This document shows, piece by piece, positions 61,730 through 64,000 of a stretch of 64,000 nucleotides of DNA. Below the pieces are notes generated by a model, which did no database searches, was not told where the DNA came from, and saw only the letters and a list, made by a program, of their open reading frames with translations. Every line of letters begins with the position of its first letter. Within the stretch, counting starts at the first letter, position 1. This stretch comes from Naegleria gruberi. Its lineage: Eukaryota. A program made the position numbers and the translations under genes. Location: assembly GCA_000004985.1 (NCBI GenBank), contig GG738922.1; one strand, written 5' to 3'.

Positions 61730-64000
61730 ATGTCAAACAAGTTTATAAGAGATTGGTTGGCTTGTGTGGTGATTCTATTCCTTCTTTGTTCTGTTTCAAA
61801 TGCTGGTAGCTTGGCAATTGTTTGTATTCCTGGCGAGTACATTAGTGGTAGTGCTTGTCTAGATTGTCCAGGAGGCACCTATTCAAGTGGCATGACGACA
61901 TCTTGCTCTGATTGTTCAGCTGGTTATTATTCTGAAGTAGGCTCAACAAGTTCTGACTGCTCTATATGTGCTGCTGGAACTTACTCAAATAATAGAGCCT
62001 CAAGTTGTACTAACTGTGCAGGTGGAACATATTCAGCTGGTGGAGCTTCGAGTTGTACCAGTTGCTCAGCAGGTTATTATTCAAGTGCTGGCTCGTCATC
62101 ATGTTATCAATGTGGAGCTGGAACTTATTCAACTGGTGGAGCTTCAAGTTGTACTAACTGTGCAGCTGGTTATTATTCATCGACTGTTGGAGCAACAAGT
62201 TCCTCAGTTTGTTTGATGTGCAGTGCAGGAACATATTCCACAATATCAGTTGCTGGTGGAGCTTCGAGTTGTACTAGTTGCTCAGCTGGTTACTATTCAA
62301 GTGCTGGAGCATCATCATGTTCTCAATGTGGAGCTGGTACTTATTCAGCTGTTAGCTCATCAAGTTGTACCAATTGTGCAGCTGGTTCATATTCAAGTGC
62401 TGGCTCATCCAGCTGTACTAGTTGTTCAGCTGGTTATCGTTCAAGTGCTGGGTCTTCTTCTTGCTCCCAATGTGGTGCTGGTACTTACTCAGCTGGTGGA
62501 GCTTCGAGTTGTACCAGTTGTTCAGCAGGTTATTATTCAAGTGCTGGCTCGTCATCATGTTCTCAATGTGGAGCTGGAACATACTCAGCTGGTGGAGCTT
62601 CAAGTTGCACTAATTGTGGAGCAGGTACTTATTCTTCGACAGTTGGAGGAACAAGCTCCTCAGTTTGCTTAAATTGTGTAGCTGGTACTTATTCCACAAT
62701 TTCAGGAGCAACTAGTGCCACAGTGTGTCAAAATTGTAATGCAGGAAGTTTTTCAACTGGTGGCTCATCCAGTTGTACCAATTGTGCAGCAGGTTATTAT
62801 TCAGCTTCAGGTTCCTCATCATGTTCTCAATGTGGAGCTGGAACATATTCAACTGGTGGTTCATCAAGTTGTGCAAGTTGTGCAGCTGGTTCATATTCAA
62901 GTGCTGGTTCTTCCAGCTGCACTAGTTGTTCAGCAGGTTACTATTCAAATCCTGGTTCGTCATCATGTTCCCAATGTGGAGCTGGTACTTATTCAAGTAC
63001 TGGCTCATCTAGTTGTACTAGTTGCTCAGCAGGTTATTATTCAAACTCAGGTTCTTCATCATGTTCTCAATGCGGAGCTGGAACATATTCGACTGGAGGG
63101 TCCTCAGGTTGTACCAGTTGCTCTGCAGGTTATTATTCAAGCGCTGGTTCTTCTTCTTGCTCTCAATGTGGAGCTGGTACTTATTCAACTGGTGGAGCTT
63201 CCAGCTGTACTAGTTGCTTAGCTGGTTATTATTCAAGTGCTGGCTCTTCCTCTTGCTCCCAATGTGGAGCTGGAACTTACTCAACTGGTGGCTCATCCAG
63301 TTGCACTAATTGTGGAGCAGGTACTTATTCATCAACACCTGGCGCCACAAACGCTGGAGTTTGCTTGACATGTTCTGCTGGTTACTATTCAAGCGTTGGT
63401 GCCTCGTCTTGCTCTAAATGTTCTGCTGGTACTTATTCAAGTAGTGGCTCATCAAGTTGTACTAATTGTGCAGCTGGATATTATTCAACCTCAGGTTCTT
63501 CATCATGTTCTCAATGTGGGGCAGGAACATATTCGACTGGAGGGTCCTCAAGTTGTACCAGTTGCTCAGCTGGTTATTATTCAAGTGCTGGCTCGTCATC
63601 ATGTTCTCAATGTGGAGCTGGTACTTATTCAAGTACTGGCTCATCTAGTTGTACTAGTTGCTCAGCAGGTTATTATTCAACTTCAGGTTCTTCATCATGT
63701 TCTCAATGCGGAGCTGGAACATATTCGACTGGAGGGTCCTCGAGTTGTACCATTTGCTCAGCTGGTTATCGTTCAAGTGCTGGGTCTTCTTCTTGCTCTC
63801 AATGTGGAGCTGGAACATTTTCGACTGGTGGCTCTTCAAGTTGTGCAAATTGTACAGCTGGTTCATATTCAAGTGTGGGCTCTTCCAACTGTACTAGCTG
63901 CTTAGCAGGTTATTATTCAAGCACTGGTTCGTCATCATGTTCTCAATGTGGAGCTGGTACTTATTCAACTAGTGCCTCATCAAACTGTTCCAGTTGTGGA
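61730..64000 (+). CDS. secreted cysteine-rich tandem-repeat protein with ephrin-receptor-like (GCC2/GCC3-type) CxxC...AGxYS modules; 3' end lies beyond the window
   Basis: ATG at 61730 then signal peptide MSNKFIRDWLACVVILFLLCSVSNA. The same frame stays open for more than 750 codons to the window end. Over 35 consecutive ~19-aa modules of the form C[TS][NS]C[SA]AG[YS]YSSAGSSSC / SQCGAGTYSTGG[AS]SSC. The track omits it because there is no stop in the window. Confidence 0.75.
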   Translation, partial: MSNKFIRDWLACVVILFLLCSVSNAGSLAIVCIPGEYISGSACLDCPGGTYSSGMTTSCSDCSAGYYSEVGSTSSDCSICAAGTYSNNRASSCTNCAGGTYSAGGASSCTSCSAGYYSSAGSSSCYQCGAGTYSTGGASSCTNCAAGYYSSTVGATSSSVCLMCSAGTYSTISVAGGASSCTSCSAGYYSSAGASSCSQCGAGTYSAVSSSSCTNCAAGSYSSAGSSSCTSCSAGYRSSAGSSSCSQCGAGTYSAGGASSCTSCSAGYYSSAGSSSCSQCGAGTYSAGGASSCTNCGAGTYSSTVGGTSSSVCLNCVAGTYSTISGATSATVCQNCNAGSFSTGGSSSCTNCAAGYYSASGSSSCSQCGAGTYSTGGSSSCASCAAGSYSSAGSSSCTSCSAGYYSNPGSSSCSQCGAGTYSSTGSSSCTSCSAGYYSNSGSSSCSQCGAGTYSTGGSSGCTSCSAGYYSSAGSSSCSQCGAGTYSTGGASSCTSCLAGYYSSAGSSSCSQCGAGTYSTGGSSSCTNCGAGTYSSTPGATNAGVCLTCSAGYYSSVGASSCSKCSAGTYSSSGSSSCTNCAAGYYSTSGSSSCSQCGAGTYSTGGSSSCTSCSAGYYSSAGSSSCSQCGAGTYSSTGSSSCTSCSAGYYSTSGSSSCSQCGAGTYSTGGSSSCTICSAGYRSSAGSSSCSQCGAGTFSTGGSSSCANCTAGSYSSVGSSNCTSCLAGYYSSTGSSSCSQCGAGTYSTSASSNCSSCG
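61900..64000 (+). repeat. near-identical 114-nt (2 x 57) coding tandem repeats
   Basis: Example: tgtaccagttgctcagcaggttattattcaagtgctggctcgtcatcatgttctcaatgtggagctgg.acttattca recurs with 90-100% identity at ~62040, 62270, 62510, 62930, 63060, 63540 and 63650. Other-frame and antisense track ORFs here (QVVLTVQLV..., MFSWLSFKCW...) are artefacts of the repeat. Confidence 0.8.

Noticed and set aside
61968-63905. About 10 track ORFs on both strands across the Cys-rich repeat (e.g. 62223..62672 +, 62715..63221 +, 63396..63905 +, 62418..62603 -, 63654..63872 -) encoding QVVLTVQLV… or MFSWLSFKCW…-type peptides
   Set aside because: They are alternative-frame or antisense readings of the 114-nt tandem repeat. 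The biologically sensible frame (CxxC..AGTYS with a signal peptide) is the one the track omits because it has no stop inside the window.
1-64000. Mobile elements, rRNA, snRNA (U6, 5S) and prokaryotic defence-island features
   Set aside because: No transposase, RT or integrase-like ORFs, no LTR or TIR structure, and no match by eye to the conserved U6 or 5S cores. The introns, F-box genes and tRNA types show a eukaryotic nuclear locus.

Overview
This is a eukaryotic nuclear window, about 65% AT, and very gene-dense: roughly 40 protein-coding genes, 5 tRNA genes and almost no non-genic space. There are no prokaryotic-style operons, CRISPR arrays or transposons. About one third of the genes have introns, and the introns I could resolve are tiny (38-172 nt) with GTAAGT, GTAGGT, GTACGT or GTATGT donors. 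Start codons usually sit behind an A-run (AAAAAAAATG), N/Q/S homopolymer tracts are common, and TAA is used as a normal stop codon. The profile fits an amoeboid protist of the dictyostelid or heterolobosean kind, but I cannot assign the organism from sequence alone.

Recognisable genes include:
- an NmrA-like gene carrying an apparent frameshift;
- six F-box or F-box/LRR genes plus one disrupted LRR gene;
- a TPR protein, a phospholipid scramblase, a subtilase, an NHL-repeat propeller and a class-I glutamine-amidotransferase-like protein;
- a secreted alpha/beta hydrolase and an RCC1-like protein;
- a metallophosphoesterase, a Sof1/DCAF13 WD40 protein and a PWI-domain SRRM1-like protein;
- a membrane desaturase, a GT13 (GnT-I-like) glycosyltransferase, an ankyrin protein and a divergent Ras-like GTPase;
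- tRNA-Trp, tRNA-Lys, tRNA-Ser, tRNA-Phe and tRNA-Gln.

Two loci stand out:
- a 2091-aa single-exon receptor that combines a signal peptide, about 20 tandem EGF-like repeats, a GPS/GAIN-type autoproteolysis motif, a 7TM core and a C-terminal RGS domain;
- a secreted gene, cut off by the window end, built of near-identical 114-nt tandem repeats encoding ephrin-receptor-like CxxC...AGxYS modules.

The ORF track calls starts at TTG/GTG/CTG. I re-anchored starts to ATG where one was evident and stitched split ORFs into spliced gene models by hand. All intron coordinates are manual and approximate to the nucleotide.
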